A stretch of DNA of 64,000 bases, taken from positions 1-64,000 of the forward strand of contig RXIG01000002.1 in assembly GCA_004212155.1 (NCBI GenBank). Direction: 5' to 3'. The notes under the pieces are model-generated. The model was given only the letters and a program-made list of their open reading frames with translations. It was not told where the DNA came from and made no database searches. Below are positions 37,379 to 49,422 of this stretch, one piece after another (positions within the stretch are counted from its first letter, which is position 1; each line of letters opens with the position of its first letter). This stretch comes from an archaeon (lineage in GTDB: Archaea; Methanobacteriota_B; Thermococci; Methanofastidiosales; NM3). A program made the position numbers and the translations under genes.

Positions 37379-40300
37379 ATGGATGGCTGGCCAGTAATCA
37401 ACTCATTTTTTGAAGAAAAGGGATTTGTGAGACAACATCTCGATTCGTACAATGATTTCGTGACCCGTGGGCTTCAGGAGATCATTGACGAGATCGGTGT
37501 CATCGAGACCGATTTCGACGAGTTCAACGTAAAGTTTGGTAAGGTACGGTATGGACAACCGGTCATCAAGGAGGCAGACGGTTCAAAGCGTGCGCTCTAT
37601 CCGTCCGAGTGCCGGTTGCGCGGCCTTACGTACTCCGTTCCTCTCTACCTCGAAATGTGCGCCCAGATGCCCGACGGCGAGCTCAGCGAGGCTGCCGACG
37701 TCTACGTTGGCGAGCTTCCCGTCATGCTCAAATCGGTATCGTGCGTCCTGTCCAACAAGGACAACGATGAGCTTATCAACCTCGGCGAGGACCCGAACGA
37801 CCCGGGCGGGTACTTCATCGTCAACGGCACCGAGAAGGTGATCGTTGCCATCGAGGACCTTGCGCCAAACAGGATACTCGTCGAGAAGGACGACCGTACC
37901 GAGTCGTGCATCGCCAAGGTGTTCTCCACCAGACAGGGCTTCAGGTCGCTTGTGAAGATAGAGCGGAAGCGCGATGGCATGCTTGATGTCTCGTTCCCCT
38001 CGGTACCTGGAAAGGTGCCATTCGTCGTGCTCATGAAGGCGATGGGCCTCACCTCCGATCAGCAGGTCGTAATGTCTGTTTCGGCCGACCCGGAGATCCA
38101 AAAGGAGCTTTTGGACAATCTCGAAAGCTCAATAGACATCACGAGCGAGGAGGACGCACTTGATGTCATCGGCAAGAAGGTAGCCATAGGGCAGCTGCAG
38201 GAATACCGGCTCAAGCGGGCCTCGGACTCGGTCGACAGGTACCTGCTCCCCCATATCGGCACTGAGCAGGAGGATCGTCTGAGAAAGGCGTACTACCTCG
38301 GCATCATGGCAGAGCGTGTCATCGAACTCGCCCTTGGGAAGCGCGACGAGGACGACAAGGACCACTACACGAACAAGCGCTGGAAGCTCGCGGGCGAGCT
38401 TCTCAAGAATCTTTTCAGATTATCATTTATCCAACTGACGCGCGACGTCAAGTACCAGCTCGAGCGAACATATGCCCGTGGCAGGTACGACGCCACGAAG
38501 CAAAGCGAGTTCATTCGCAAGTCGGTGCGATCCGATGTCCTTACCGAGCGCATACGCCATGCCATCGCCACCGGCAGCTGGCCAGGTGGACGAACGGGTG
38601 TGTCGCAGCTCATGGACTCGGTCAACTTCATGTCGAGGCTCTCACATCTCCGGCGTGTCGTCTCACCGCTTTCGCGCAGTCAATCGCATTTCGAGGCACG
38701 CGACCTCCATCCGACACACTGGGGCCGCATTTGCCCCAATGAGACGCCGGAGGGCCCGAACTGTGGCCTTGTGAAGAACATGGCGCTTATGAGCGCCGTG
38801 TCCGTTGCCGCCGACGAGGAGGAGCTTGAAGGCTACCTCAACAACATGGGACTGCAGGAGCTCGACAAACGTAGCGGCCCCCAGCAGCTTACATACGTCT
38901 ATCTTAACGGGAACCTCATCGGGCTTCATGAGAACGGTGACGAACTGGTTGAGAAGGTCAGGAAGGACCGGCGCACCGGCTACATATCCCGTCAGGTCAA
39001 CGTCGCCTACTACCCGCTCACAAAGGAGCTCCACATCAACTGCGACGGCGGCAGGGCACGACGTCCGCTCATCATCGTCGAGAACGGAGTGCCCCTCCTC
39101 ACGGAAGGAGTCATCGAGAAGCTTGCCAAGCGCGACCTTGTCTGGCAGGACCTCGTTGACCAGGGCATCGTCGAGTTCCTCGACGCAGAGGAGGAGGAAA
39201 ACGCGTTCGTGGCCGTCTACGAGGAGGAGCTCACCCCCAAGCACACCCATTTCGAGATATATCCCGGCTCGATCCTTGGCATATCGGCAAGCATCGTCCC
39301 GTTCCCCGAACACAACGCCGCGCCGCGCAACTCGTATGGTGCCGGCATGGCCAAGCAGGCGCTCGGCTTTGCCAAGGCGAACTTCAAGTGGGGGGTCGAG
39401 ACGCGCGAGCATCTCATGCACTACCCACAGGTGCCCCTTGTCAACACACGTGTGCTCGATGCCGTTGGGTTCGACAGGCGCCCCGCGGGCCAGAACTTCG
39501 TCGTAGCCATCATGTCGTATTACGGCTACAACATCGAGGATGCACTCGTCATCAACAAAGGATCGATCGAACGTGGTCTTGGACGCACATCTTTTTTCCG
39601 CACGTACGCCACCGAGGAGCGCAGGTATCCTGGAGGACAAGTCGACAAGTTCGAGATGCCCGACCAGACGATCCGCGGGTTCCGCGGAAACGAGGCGTAC
39701 CAGTACCTTGGAAACGACGGCATCATCGAGCTCGAATCAGTCGTCTCGGGCGGAAGCGTCATCATCGGACGCACCAGCCCGCCCCGTTTCCTGCAGGAGC
39801 TTGACGAGTTCGGCATTGACATCGCCGGCAGGGGCGAGACATCGATAGCGATACGCCCGGGAGAGGAAGGTATCATCGATATGGTCATCATGTCAGAGAC
39901 CCAGGACGGCAACAAGCTCGCAAAGATAAAGATGCGAAATCAGCGCATACCAGAACTTGGCGACAAGTTCGCATCGCGCCACGGACAGAAGGGAGTTATC
40001 GGCTACGTCATGGCGCAGGAAGACATGCCATTTACCGAATCAGGCATCGTTCCAGACCTCATCATCAATCCGCATGCCATCCCTTCGCGTAAGACGGTGG
40101 GTCAGATCCTCGAAATGATAGGCGGCAAGGTTGGAGCGCTCCAGGGCCGCTTTGTCAATGCCACCGCCTTTGACAACGAGGACGAACCCGACCTCAGGAA
40201 GGCGCTCACCGAGAACGGATTCAAGCACTCTGGTAAGGAAGTGCTCTACAACGGCGTCACGGGTGAGATGATGCTCGCCGACATCTTCGTCGGGGTTGCC

Positions 40301-40696
40301 TACTATCAGAAGCTCCACCACATGGTTGCCGACAAGATGCATGCCCGTTCCCGCGGACCACGCCAGATGCTGACGCGCCAGCCAACGGAAGGCAAGGCGC
40401 GCGAGGGTGGTCTTCGTTTCGGCGAGATGGAGCGCGATTGCCTCGTAGGACACGGGGCCGCAATGCTGCTCCAGGAGCGTCTGCTCGAGTCGTCAGACAA
40501 GTACAACGTGCTTGTTTGCGGAAAATGCGGCAGCCTTGCCGTCTACGACAAGATGCGCAACCAAAAGTACTGCCCGTTATGCTCGGAGGAGATCGACATA
40601 CACGTCGTCGAGGTCTCGTACGCGTTCAAACTGCTCATACAGGAACTCGAATCGATGCTCATACGTCCCAAGCTGACGATGGAGGACAGGGCGTGA
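37379..40696 (+). CDS. rpoB: RNA polymerase subunit B (Rpo2), unsplit
   Basis: [50 protein letters not shown] and C-terminal Zn finger. Confidence 0.98.
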   Translation: MDGWPVINSFFEEKGFVRQHLDSYNDFVTRGLQEIIDEIGVIETDFDEFNVKFGKVRYGQPVIKEADGSKRALYPSECRLRGLTYSVPLYLEMCAQMPDGELSEAADVYVGELPVMLKSVSCVLSNKDNDELINLGEDPNDPGGYFIVNGTEKVIVAIEDLAPNRILVEKDDRTESCIAKVFSTRQGFRSLVKIERKRDGMLDVSFPSVPGKVPFVVLMKAMGLTSDQQVVMSVSADPEIQKELLDNLESSIDITSEEDALDVIGKKVAIGQLQEYRLKRASDSVDRYLLPHIGTEQEDRLRKAYYLGIMAERVIELALGKRDEDDKDHYTNKRWKLAGELLKNLFRLSFIQLTRDVKYQLERTYARGRYDATKQSEFIRKSVRSDVLTERIRHAIATGSWPGGRTGVSQLMDSVNFMSRLSHLRRVVSPLSRSQSHFEARDLHPTHWGRICPNETPEGPNCGLVKNMALMSAVSVAADEEELEGYLNNMGLQELDKRSGPQQLTYVYLNGNLIGLHENGDELVEKVRKDRRTGYISRQVNVAYYPLTKELHINCDGGRARRPLIIVENGVPLLTEGVIEKLAKRDLVWQDLVDQGIVEFLDAEEEENAFVAVYEEELTPKHTHFEIYPGSILGISASIVPFPEHNAAPRNSYGAGMAKQALGFAKANFKWGVETREHLMHYPQVPLVNTRVLDAVGFDRRPAGQNFVVAIMSYYGYNIEDALVINKGSIERGLGRTSFFRTYATEERRYPGGQVDKFEMPDQTIRGFRGNEAYQYLGNDGIIELESVVSGGSVIIGRTSPPRFLQELDEFGIDIAGRGETSIAIRPGEEGIIDMVIMSETQDGNKLAKIKMRNQRIPELGDKFASRHGQKGVIGYVMAQEDMPFTESGIVPDLIINPHAIPSRKTVGQILEMIGGKVGALQGRFVNATAFDNEDEPDLRKALTENGFKHSGKEVLYNGVTGEMMLADIFVGVAYYQKLHHMVADKMHARSRGPRQMLTRQPTEGKAREGGLRFGEMERDCLVGHGAAMLLQERLLESSDKYNVLVCGKCGSLAVYDKMRNQKYCPLCSEEIDIHVVEVSYAFKLLIQELESMLIRPKLTMEDRA

Positions 40697-40700
40697 TCGT

Positions 40701-43379
40701 ATGAATGAAGAAGACATTATGCTTTTTGGACCGCCGAAGAAGATCAAGGAGATTTCGTTTGGCGTCTTCTCCCCGGAAAACGTTCGCAAGGTATCAGTTA
40801 CCACCATCATACAGGCCGATACCTACGACGACGAGGGGTACCCCATCAACGGAGGGCTCATGGACCCGAAGCTTGGCGTCATCGATCCCGGCCTGAAATG
40901 TCGGACATGCAACCTCAAGTTCGGCGAGTGCCAGGGCCACTTTGGCCATATCGAGCTATCGCGCCCCGTCATACACGTCGGGTACTCGAAGGAGATCTAC
41001 GACATTCTCAAGGCAACGTGCAAGGAGTGCTCGCGGCTTTTGCTCACTGAGGAACGCATCGAGCATTACGAGGAGAAACTCCGCCAGGAGGGTGTACGCG
41101 GCAGCATACGCCAGTCAATCATATCGGACGTGCTCTCCGAGGCAGCGAAGAAGAAAGGCGTGCTCAAGGACTCGACATGCCCCCATTGCGGCACCGACCA
41201 GCTCAAGGTGAAGTTCGAGAAGCCTACCTCGTACAAGGAAGGTGACAAGAAGCTCACGCCCTCCGACATCAGGGAACGCTTCGAGAAGATCACTGAGCGT
41301 GATGCGCGCCTGATGGGTTGGAATACGGAAGTCTCGCGTCCCGAGTGGGCAATACTTACCGTCCTCCCTGTGGCACCAGTGACGGTCAGACCATCGATCA
41401 CCCTTGAATCAGGAATACGTTCGGAGGACGACCTTACCCACAAACTTGTTGACATTATACGCATCAATCAGCGACTCAGGGAAAATCTTGACGCGGGCGC
41501 GCCGCAGCTTATCGTCGAGGACCTCTGGGAGCTCCTCCAGTACCACGTCACCACATACTTTGACAACGAGGTCTCGGGTGTGCCTCCTGCACGCCATCGC
41601 TCAGGCCGCGTGCTCAAGACCCTCACACAGCGCCTCAAGGGAAAGGAGGGACGATTCAGGAACAACCTTTCGGGAAAGCGCGTCGACTTCTCGGCACGCA
41701 CGGTGATATCCCCCGATCCCAACATCTCGATTAACGAGGTGGGCGTCCCTGATTTCATAGCAATGGAGCTTACTGTGCCCGAGCGCGTAACGTCGCGTAA
41801 CATCGAGCGCATGCGCCAGATCGTGCTCAAGGGCTCGAATGCATACCCTGGCGCCAATTACATCCTCCGCCCCGATGGCAAGCGCAAACGTGTCACTGAC
41901 ATCACGAGCGACATACTGGCCGAGGAGCTTGAGGAGGGCTACACGGTCGAGCGACACCTTCGCGACGGCGACATCGTGCTGTTCAATAGGCAGCCGTCGC
42001 TGCACAGGCTCTCGATCATGGCGCACGAGGTGCGCGTGATGCCATACAAGACGTTCCGTCTCAATCTCTGCGTCTGTCCGCCATACAACGCCGACTTCGA
42101 CGGGGACGAGATGAACATGCACGTTCCCCAGACCGAGGAGGCTCAGGCAGAGGCGCGCATCCTGATGCGCGTGCAGGAGCAGATCATCTCGCCGCGATTC
42201 GGCGAACCGGTCATCGGTGGCAGCCAGGATTATCTTTCTGGCGCCTACATCCTTACCAAACGCGGCACCAGATTCACCCGTTCTCAGATGGATCAGATGA
42301 TGTATGTCTCCGACATAGACGCGGTGCTTCCCGAGCCTGCGGGCGAAGAGGATGGCAAGCCCTACTGGACAGGAAAGCAGGTCTTTTCGCTGCTGCTGCC
42401 AGACGACCTCAACATCTCATACAAGTCCAAGATATGCCAGAAGTGCGACGTTTGCGAGTACCGCGACTGCAAATACGATGCGTACGTCCTCATCGAGGAT
42501 GGGGTGCTCAAGACCGGCGTCGTCGACGGCGCTACGTTCAAGGCACGGTCGAACTGCAAGCTCCTCGACAAGCTTGTCAAGGACTACGGCACCGACGTGG
42601 GACGCAAGTTCCTTGACTCGGTGACCCGCCTCATCCTATGGAGCAACGCGCTCATAGGATTCACCACGGGCATCGACGACGAGGACCTCCCCAAGGAGGC
42701 GCTCAATCTCATCGAGAAGGTGCTTACCGAGGGCAAGGACAAGGTCAAGCGCCTCATCGAATCGTATCGTGAGGGGTATCTCGAGCCACTTCCCGGCCGA
42801 AGCGAGCGCGAGACGCTCGAGTCACGCATCATGCAGGCACTCGCCGAGGCGCGTGACAAGGCAGGCACGATCTCAGAGCGTTACCTTGGCATGAACCGGG
42901 GCGCTGTCGTCATGGCAAAGACCGGTGCGAAGGGTAACATGCTCGACCTCACGCAGATGAGCGCTGCGCTTGGACAGATGTCGGTGCGCGGCAACAGGCT
43001 GCATCGCGGATATGCGAAACGATCGCTTTCATCATTTGACCGCGAGGACCTCAGCGCAGCATCGCGCGGGTTCGTCTCATCATCCTACAAGCAGGGGCTC
43101 AACCCCAAGGAGTTCTTCTTCCATGCCATGGGCGGCAGGGAAGGCCTCGTCGACACTGCGGTGCGTACCGCCCAGAGCGGCTATATGCAGCGCAGGCTCA
43201 TGAACGCGTTGCAGGACCTGAGCGTCCGTTACGACGGCACCGTGCGCACCAACGACGACATCATCGTGCAGTTCATGTACGGCGAGGACGGCATCGACCC
43301 GGCAAAGTCGACGTACGGCAAGGCCGTGGACATCGACTGGATCGTCCACAAAAACATAAAAGCGAAGAAGGGGGCCTGA
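40701..43379 (+). CDS. rpoA1: RNA polymerase subunit A' (Rpo1N)
   Basis: Catalytic NADFDGD, C..C...C.GHFGH, GKRVDFSAR and GREGLVDTA. Confidence 0.98.
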   Translation: MNEEDIMLFGPPKKIKEISFGVFSPENVRKVSVTTIIQADTYDDEGYPINGGLMDPKLGVIDPGLKCRTCNLKFGECQGHFGHIELSRPVIHVGYSKEIYDILKATCKECSRLLLTEERIEHYEEKLRQEGVRGSIRQSIISDVLSEAAKKKGVLKDSTCPHCGTDQLKVKFEKPTSYKEGDKKLTPSDIRERFEKITERDARLMGWNTEVSRPEWAILTVLPVAPVTVRPSITLESGIRSEDDLTHKLVDIIRINQRLRENLDAGAPQLIVEDLWELLQYHVTTYFDNEVSGVPPARHRSGRVLKTLTQRLKGKEGRFRNNLSGKRVDFSARTVISPDPNISINEVGVPDFIAMELTVPERVTSRNIERMRQIVLKGSNAYPGANYILRPDGKRKRVTDITSDILAEELEEGYTVERHLRDGDIVLFNRQPSLHRLSIMAHEVRVMPYKTFRLNLCVCPPYNADFDGDEMNMHVPQTEEAQAEARILMRVQEQIISPRFGEPVIGGSQDYLSGAYILTKRGTRFTRSQMDQMMYVSDIDAVLPEPAGEEDGKPYWTGKQVFSLLLPDDLNISYKSKICQKCDVCEYRDCKYDAYVLIEDGVLKTGVVDGATFKARSNCKLLDKLVKDYGTDVGRKFLDSVTRLILWSNALIGFTTGIDDEDLPKEALNLIEKVLTEGKDKVKRLIESYREGYLEPLPGRSERETLESRIMQALAEARDKAGTISERYLGMNRGAVVMAKTGAKGNMLDLTQMSAALGQMSVRGNRLHRGYAKRSLSSFDREDLSAASRGFVSSSYKQGLNPKEFFFHAMGGREGLVDTAVRTAQSGYMQRRLMNALQDLSVRYDGTVRTNDDIIVQFMYGEDGIDPAKSTYGKAVDIDWIVHKNIKAKKGA

Positions 43380-43383
43380 AGTT

Positions 43384-44568
43384 ATGGTATCTGAAGACTA
43401 CCTCAGGGAACGCATCGATGCCGTGCTCACCGAGAAGGTGTCTCATGTCGTGAAGGCTGAGGCGGAGCAGAAGCTCTTTGCATACAACGAGGAGCACCCG
43501 TTCTCGGAGGATGAGCTCCAGGCGATACTCGATGACATATGCGTCGAGTACCGCAATGCATGGGTCGACCCAGGTGAACCCGTCGGCACGGTGGCCGCAC
43601 AGAGCCTTGGCGAGCCCGGCACACAGATGACGCTCAACACGTTCCACTATGCAGGTGTCGCCGAGATCAACGTGACCCTCGGCCTTCCGCGCATCATCGA
43701 GATCGTCGATGTGCGCAAGGATCCATCGACGCCCGTCATGGAGATCGCTTTGGACAAGGAGCACAGCGCAGCGCGAGACACCGCCATCGAGGTGGCACGA
43801 AGGATTGAGGGCACCACCGTGGAGAACGTTGCCCGACAGACGGCACTTGATGTCATCAACACCGAGTTTCACATCGACCTGGACAGCGAGCGCATGGAGG
43901 ACGCGGGCATTACCCTTGACACGATCATCAAGAAGCTCAAGAAGCTAAAACAGGTCGAAAAGATACGATATGACACTGAAGAGAACACGATCATCATCTC
44001 GCCAGGGAACGTGACCCTCGTTAAACTGCGCCGTTTCTCCCAAAAGGTAAAAGCGTTACCTTTAAAAGGTCTCAAAGGCATTGAACGAGCTATGGTAAAG
44101 AAGGAGGGAGACGAATATTACGTCTATACAGAAGGTTCGAATCTCTCCGAGGTGCTCAAGGTGCCAGGCGTCGACTTCACACGCACGAAGACCAACAACA
44201 TCTACGAGATATTCGAGGTTCTCGGCATCGAGGCCGCACGAAACGCGATCATCGCCGAGATACAAAACGTACTCGACGAGCAGGGTCTTGAGGTCGACAG
44301 ACGACACATCATGGTCCTTGCAGACGCCATGTGCCTTGAGGGCGAGATACAGCAGATAGGCCGACACGGCATCACAGGCGAGAAGGCCAGCGTCCTTGCC
44401 CGCGCATCGTTTGAGGTCACCACAGGTCACCTCCTCGAGGCCGCACGTGAGGGCGAAAGGGATATGCTCAACGGTGTCACCGAGAACGTCATCGTGGGCC
44501 AGCCAATACCGCTTGGCACAGGTATCGTTGACCTTATCATGAAATCGAGTGACACTGAGGAGGAATGA
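43384..44568 (+). CDS. rpoA2: RNA polymerase subunit A'' (Rpo1C)
   Basis: GEPVG.VAAQSLGEPGTQMTL, GLPRI.E, GIEAAR and ARASFE. Confidence 0.97.
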   Translation: MVSEDYLRERIDAVLTEKVSHVVKAEAEQKLFAYNEEHPFSEDELQAILDDICVEYRNAWVDPGEPVGTVAAQSLGEPGTQMTLNTFHYAGVAEINVTLGLPRIIEIVDVRKDPSTPVMEIALDKEHSAARDTAIEVARRIEGTTVENVARQTALDVINTEFHIDLDSERMEDAGITLDTIIKKLKKLKQVEKIRYDTEENTIIISPGNVTLVKLRRFSQKVKALPLKGLKGIERAMVKKEGDEYYVYTEGSNLSEVLKVPGVDFTRTKTNNIYEIFEVLGIEAARNAIIAEIQNVLDEQGLEVDRRHIMVLADAMCLEGEIQQIGRHGITGEKASVLARASFEVTTGHLLEAAREGERDMLNGVTENVIVGQPIPLGTGIVDLIMKSSDTEEE

Positions 44569-44572
44569 TAAT

Positions 44573-44872
44573 ATGGATATTGCACGTGAGATACGAAAGG
44601 CTATTGAGACGGGGACTGTCATCCTCGGCACCAAGGGGTCGATGAAGGCCCTCAAGAACGGCGAGGCCAAGCTCATCATCTATGCGGCCAACTGTGCACC
44701 GGACACGAAGGACGACATGGCGCATTACGCCGCCCTTTCCAACATCCCCACTTACGAGTACAAGGGGACCGGCGTGGACCTCGGCATGGTGTGTGGGAAA
44801 CCGTTCATCGTTTCGATGCTGGCCGTCAACTCCCCCGGTGAGTCAATGATACTCTCAGCGGAGGGAGCGTGA
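44573..44872 (+). CDS. rpl30e: 50S ribosomal protein L30e
   Basis: A..TG.VILG, KLII.A.N and LG.VCGKPF.VS. Confidence 0.95.
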   Translation: MDIAREIRKAIETGTVILGTKGSMKALKNGEAKLIIYAANCAPDTKDDMAHYAALSNIPTYEYKGTGVDLGMVCGKPFIVSMLAVNSPGESMILSAEGA

Positions 44873-45303
44873 TGGGTGTAAAGCTGGGTCCCGAGGAAAT
44901 ACGTTACATTGGACTGTTTGAGAGCATCACCGGCGCGACCGTCAAGGATTGTGTCGTAAGCGACAAGGAGGACACGATCGTATACGTGGTCAAGGAAGGC
45001 GAGATGGGCCTTGCAATAGGCAAAAAAGGCGCTAATCTTGCTCGTGTGCGCGAGATGATCAACAAGTCCATCGACGTGGTGGAGTACTCGGACGACCCAC
45101 GCACATTCATTGAGAACATCCTTAAACCGGCAAAAATAAACAGCATCCACATCAACAAGAAGGATGACGACAAGGACGTGGCCGTCGTTGACGTCAACAA
45201 GCGTGACAGGGGCATTGCCATAGGGAAGTCTGGAAAGACGATCCACCGGGCGAAGCTCCTGCTCAAGCGTCATCACGACATCGACGATGTCACGATAATG
45301 TAA
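44872..45303 (+). CDS. nusA: Archaeal NusA (KH domain)
   Basis: FE.ITGA.V.DC, G.AIGK.G and AIGK.G KH motifs. Confidence 0.93.
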   Translation: MGVKLGPEEIRYIGLFESITGATVKDCVVSDKEDTIVYVVKEGEMGLAIGKKGANLARVREMINKSIDVVEYSDDPRTFIENILKPAKINSIHINKKDDDKDVAVVDVNKRDRGIAIGKSGKTIHRAKLLLKRHHDIDDVTIM

Positions 45304-45358
45304 ACATTTATAAATCAACGGAGTAAAACACGCATATCTTAGCGAGGTGAGAGAGAGC

Positions 45359-45793
45359 ATGAAAAGTCCAAGAGGAGAGTTCGCTGCTCGCAACTTATAT
45401 AAGAAGCGACAGGTCATGCGGTGGAAGGACATCGATTACAAACGCCGCGCACTCAATCTTAGTGTTAAGTCCGATCCGCTCGAGGGAGCCCCCATGGGGC
45501 GAGGCATCGTGTTGGAGAAGGTGCCTGTCGAAGCAAAGCAGCCCAACTCGGCTATCCGTAAGTGTGTGAGAGTTCAACTTATCAAGAACGGAAGACAGCT
45601 TACTGCCTTCTGTCCAGGCGACGGCGCGATCAACTTCATCGACGAGCACGACGAAGTGGTGATCGAGAGCATCGGCGGACGAAAGGGAGGATCGATGGGT
45701 GACATCCCCGGTGTGAAGTACAAGGTGACGAAGGTCAACAGGGTTTCACTCAACGAAATGGTGCAGGGTAAGAAGGAGAAACCGATCAGGTGA
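45359..45793 (+). CDS. rps12: 30S ribosomal protein S12
   Basis: [23 protein letters not shown] and GDIPGV. Confidence 0.97.
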   Translation: MKSPRGEFAARNLYKKRQVMRWKDIDYKRRALNLSVKSDPLEGAPMGRGIVLEKVPVEAKQPNSAIRKCVRVQLIKNGRQLTAFCPGDGAINFIDEHDEVVIESIGGRKGGSMGDIPGVKYKVTKVNRVSLNEMVQGKKEKPIR

Positions 45794-45797
45794 TATC

Positions 45798-46415
45798 ATG
45801 GCCGAACAATATGAGATGAAGATCTTTGACAAATGGGAATTCGACATCGAGATCGAGGATGAAGGCCTGAAACGATACATCACGCTTACCCCCCAGCTTC
45901 TTCCCCACTCCGGCGGTCGCCACGAGGCTCACCGGTTCTGGAAGATCAAGCAAAACATCATCGAGCGCCTTGTCAACAAGGCCATGCGATCGGGTGCGGT
46001 CAAGCGCAAGGTCAGCGGTCGATTCATCCGACGTCATGGCGGACTCACGGGCAAGAAGCACAAGGCGTACAACACGACAAAGGAAGCGTTCGATATCATC
46101 TATGAGCGTGTCAAGAAGAATCCGGTCGAAGTGCTCGTCACGGCCATAGAGCATTCATCTCCCCGCGAGGAGACCACCACGATCGCCTATGGCGGTGTGA
46201 AGTATCACCAGGCGGTGGACGTTTCACCGCAACGACGTATTGACATCGCACTGCGAAACATTACCCTCGGCGCGAGCGCGCGGGCCTTCAAGTCCAAGAT
46301 TTCCTACGCCACTGCGCTGGCAGAGGAGATCATTGCCGCATACGAGCGCGACATGAAGAGCTTTGCCGTCGGCAAGAAGGAAGAGATCGAGCGAATCGCA
46401 AAGTCAGCTAGGTGA
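45798..46415 (+). CDS. rps7: 30S ribosomal protein S7
   Basis: [17 protein letters not shown] and VDVSPQRR; C-terminal E.ERIAKSAR. Confidence 0.97.
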   Translation: MAEQYEMKIFDKWEFDIEIEDEGLKRYITLTPQLLPHSGGRHEAHRFWKIKQNIIERLVNKAMRSGAVKRKVSGRFIRRHGGLTGKKHKAYNTTKEAFDIIYERVKKNPVEVLVTAIEHSSPREETTTIAYGGVKYHQAVDVSPQRRIDIALRNITLGASARAFKSKISYATALAEEIIAAYERDMKSFAVGKKEEIERIAKSAR

Positions 46416-46420
46416 TACGT

Positions 46421-48625
46421 ATGGGAAGAAAGGAAAAGATGGCAAAAGCAGCCCAAGAGCTAATGCACAAACCAAAGCAGATACGCAACATCGGTATCGC
46501 GGCACACATCGACCATGGCAAGACCACGCTCTCAGACAATCTCCTTTTTGGCGCTGGCCTCATGGCCGAGGAGCTCGCAGGCAAGCAGCTCGCACTCGAC
46601 TTCGACGAGCAGGAGCAGGCACGCGGCATCACCATCGATGCCGCCAACATATCGATGGTCCACGACTTCGAGGGCCACAAGTACCTCATCAACCTTATCG
46701 ACACGCCGGGTCACGTCGACTTCGGCGGCGACGTCACGCGTGCTATGCGCGCAATAGACGGTGCGATCATCGTTGTCTGTGCCGTCGAGGGCAAGATGCC
46801 CCAGACGGAAACAGTTGTGCGCCAGGCACTCAAGGAGCGCGTCAAGCCCGTGCTCTTCATCAACAAGGTGGACCGGCTTATCAAGGAGCTCAAGCTCTCC
46901 CCGCAGGAGATGCAGGCACGCTTCATGAAGACGATCACCGAGATCAACAAGCTCATCAGACAGATGGCACCACCCGAGTTCAAGGAGGAGTGGCAGGTAT
47001 CCGTCAACGACGGGAGCGTCGCGTTCGGTTCCGCCTATGCGAACTGGGCGATCAACGTCCCCTATATGAAGGAGACAGGCATCACGTTCAAGGATATCAT
47101 CGACATGACACTTGACGGCCAGTCCAGGGAGCTTGCACGAAAGGCACCCATCCACCAGATCATCCTTGATATGGTCATCGACCACCTTCCCGACCCCGAA
47201 CAATCGCAGCACTACAGGATTCCGCAGCTCTGGAGACACGACCTCGAGTCCAAGACCGCGCGGGACATGATCGAGTGCAACGAGCGTGGCAATGTTGCCA
47301 TGGTGGTCACGAAGATCAACGTCGACAGGCATGCAGGCGAGATTGCTACGGGACGACTTTTCTCGGGAATGCTCAAGGTCGGACAAGAGGTCTGGCTCTC
47401 AGGCACGAAACAGAAAAAGCGTATCCAGCAGCTTGGCATCTACATGGGCCCCGACAGGGAGAGTATGGACGAGGTGCCGGCTGGCAACATCGTCGCCATC
47501 ACCGGTCTCAAGGACGCCGTAGCAGGGGAGACGATATCGACCGGTCCCGAGCCGATCGAGCCCTTCGAGGCCATCAAGCACTATAGCGAACCGGTGGTCA
47601 CGGTCGCGGTGGAGCCTGAAAACCCCAAGGACCTCCCCAAGCTCATCGAGGTGTTGCGCCAGGTGGCCAAGGAGGATCCGACGCTTCAGGCCAAGATCGA
47701 CGAGGAGACGGGTGAGTACCTGCTCTCGGGTATGGGCGAGCTCCACCTCGAGGTCGTCGAGTACCGTATCCGCAAGGACAAGGGCGTTAACATCAAGACG
47801 TCAGAGCCTATCGTTGTTTACCGCGAATCGGTCAACGGCACGTCACCGCAGGTCGAGGGCAAGTCTCCGAACAAGCACAACAAGTTCTACATCATCGTTG
47901 AACAGATGCCCGAAAACGTCTACCAGGCCATCAAGGAAGGCACGATCCCGGAAGGTCGAATCAAGGGCAAGGAGATGCAGGAGATTTTCAAGGAACTCGG
48001 ATTCAGCAAGGACGAGGCCAAGGGCATCGAGGACGTCTACCAGGGCAACATGTACCTCAACATGACGCGCGGCGTTGTGCACATCGGAGAGGTCCGCGAG
48101 CTTATAATGGAGGCGTTCCACTCCGTGATGGACAAGGGTATCGTCGCCGGTGAGCCCACGACAAAGCTCTTAGTCAAGCTCATGGACACGAAACTTCACG
48201 AGGACGCGATACACCGCGGTCCCTCGCAGGTCATCCCTGCCGTGCGCCAGGCGCTCTTTGCGGCCATCCTCTCGGCACAGCCGGTGCTCGAGGAGCCGCT
48301 GCAAAAACTCTTCGTCACGGCCCCACAAGACTTCATGGGTTCTGTCACGAAGCTGATTCAGTCGCGTCGCGGCCAGATCCTGGACATGACGCAGGAGGGA
48401 GAGCTTACCACCGTCATCGCCAAGACACCTGTAGCGGAGATGTTCGGATTCACAGGGGACATCCGCGGGTCCACGGAGGGCCGCGCGCTCTGGACCACCG
48501 AACAGCTCGGTTATGAGCCACTTCCGCGAGAACTCCAGGAGCCCATCGTCCGCGAGATACGCATGCGCAAAGGCATGAAGCCCGAGCCACCAAAGGCGGC
48601 CGACTATCAGAATCCGCAGGGGTAG
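46421..48625 (+). CDS. fusA: Translation elongation factor 2
   Basis: [23 protein letters not shown] and diphthamide loop HEDAIHRG. Confidence 0.98.
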   Translation: MGRKEKMAKAAQELMHKPKQIRNIGIAAHIDHGKTTLSDNLLFGAGLMAEELAGKQLALDFDEQEQARGITIDAANISMVHDFEGHKYLINLIDTPGHVDFGGDVTRAMRAIDGAIIVVCAVEGKMPQTETVVRQALKERVKPVLFINKVDRLIKELKLSPQEMQARFMKTITEINKLIRQMAPPEFKEEWQVSVNDGSVAFGSAYANWAINVPYMKETGITFKDIIDMTLDGQSRELARKAPIHQIILDMVIDHLPDPEQSQHYRIPQLWRHDLESKTARDMIECNERGNVAMVVTKINVDRHAGEIATGRLFSGMLKVGQEVWLSGTKQKKRIQQLGIYMGPDRESMDEVPAGNIVAITGLKDAVAGETISTGPEPIEPFEAIKHYSEPVVTVAVEPENPKDLPKLIEVLRQVAKEDPTLQAKIDEETGEYLLSGMGELHLEVVEYRIRKDKGVNIKTSEPIVVYRESVNGTSPQVEGKSPNKHNKFYIIVEQMPENVYQAIKEGTIPEGRIKGKEMQEIFKELGFSKDEAKGIEDVYQGNMYLNMTRGVVHIGEVRELIMEAFHSVMDKGIVAGEPTTKLLVKLMDTKLHEDAIHRGPSQVIPAVRQALFAAILSAQPVLEEPLQKLFVTAPQDFMGSVTKLIQSRRGQILDMTQEGELTTVIAKTPVAEMFGFTGDIRGSTEGRALWTTEQLGYEPLPRELQEPIVREIRMRKGMKPEPPKAADYQNPQG

Positions 48626-49422
48626 GTGCAGTGCTCACGATAGTGGCATGCACCACACTTCTCTTTTTTTATCTCTACTTCTTTAGGTTCTTCTCGTTGT
48701 TCTACGATACGTTTCACTTCATCAAGCAGCGCTAGCACGTACTCCTTATGCTCATCATCGATGAGAACTGGTACCTGCCTGTCGATAGCGGTGTACTCGA
48801 TGATGCCAAACGGTACGGGGCGGCCGCGCTGGCGCTCGAGGAGGAGCGCGTAGGCGGCAAGCTGGACCTGCTGTCCCGGCGTGGGCTCGTCATGGTATGC
48901 GCCCGTCTTGTAATCGACAGGCACAGGGCCGCTGCGCCGCTCATCGATCTTGTCGATGCGCCCGCGCAGCCCGAGAGGTCCGTCCTCGATCATCTCCTCG
49001 GCACGCTGATCGGGCAGCACGATGTCGATCGCCGTTCGCACGTCGGTTGCAGCCATGGCACGTTTGATACGTGCTGCACGCACGATGCTTTCCAGCTTGA
49101 GCTCCTGTTTCAAAAACGACATGAGCTCGATGGGGTCGATGCCTGCCTTCTCGAGCCGAGGTCGGAACTTGAGCACGGCGTTCTTTGCACACTGATACCC
49201 GTTTGAATAGATGATCGACTGGATCTCAGAAAAGGGAGTCGATTCTTCGAGTGCATTGGTGAGCACGATGCGCTCCCGCGCTTCCCGATCCTCGCGCACC
49301 TTGTGCAACACAGTCCCGCGCACCATTGCGGGAGTGGGCGGCACCTTTATGCGCCGCACCTTCTTGAGGTAGACGAGGTGGGGGCACCAGACATAGTCGC
49401 AGAGGTCAGTTACCGTTATCAT
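48607..49422 (-). CDS. Solo Cas4-like PD-(D/E)xK nuclease with Fe-S cysteines
   Basis: N-terminal CP, G..LH, RGRIDKI, VDYKTG, QLAAY and C-terminal CxxCxxxxxC. Confidence 0.88.
   Translation of the reverse strand: MITVTDLCDYVWCPHLVYLKKVRRIKVPPTPAMVRGTVLHKVREDREARERIVLTNALEESTPFSEIQSIIYSNGYQCAKNAVLKFRPRLEKAGIDPIELMSFLKQELKLESIVRAARIKRAMAATDVRTAIDIVLPDQRAEEMIEDGPLGLRGRIDKIDERRSGPVPVDYKTGAYHDEPTPGQQVQLAAYALLLERQRGRPVPFGIIEYTAIDRQVPVLIDDEHKEYVLALLDEVKRIVEQREEPKEVEIKKEKCGACHYREHCTYPCGF

Noticed and set aside
37379-44568. Inteins or a split RpoB in the polymerase genes (also checked cdc48)
   Set aside because: Protein lengths are ordinary and there are no intein-like insertions; RpoB is a single ORF
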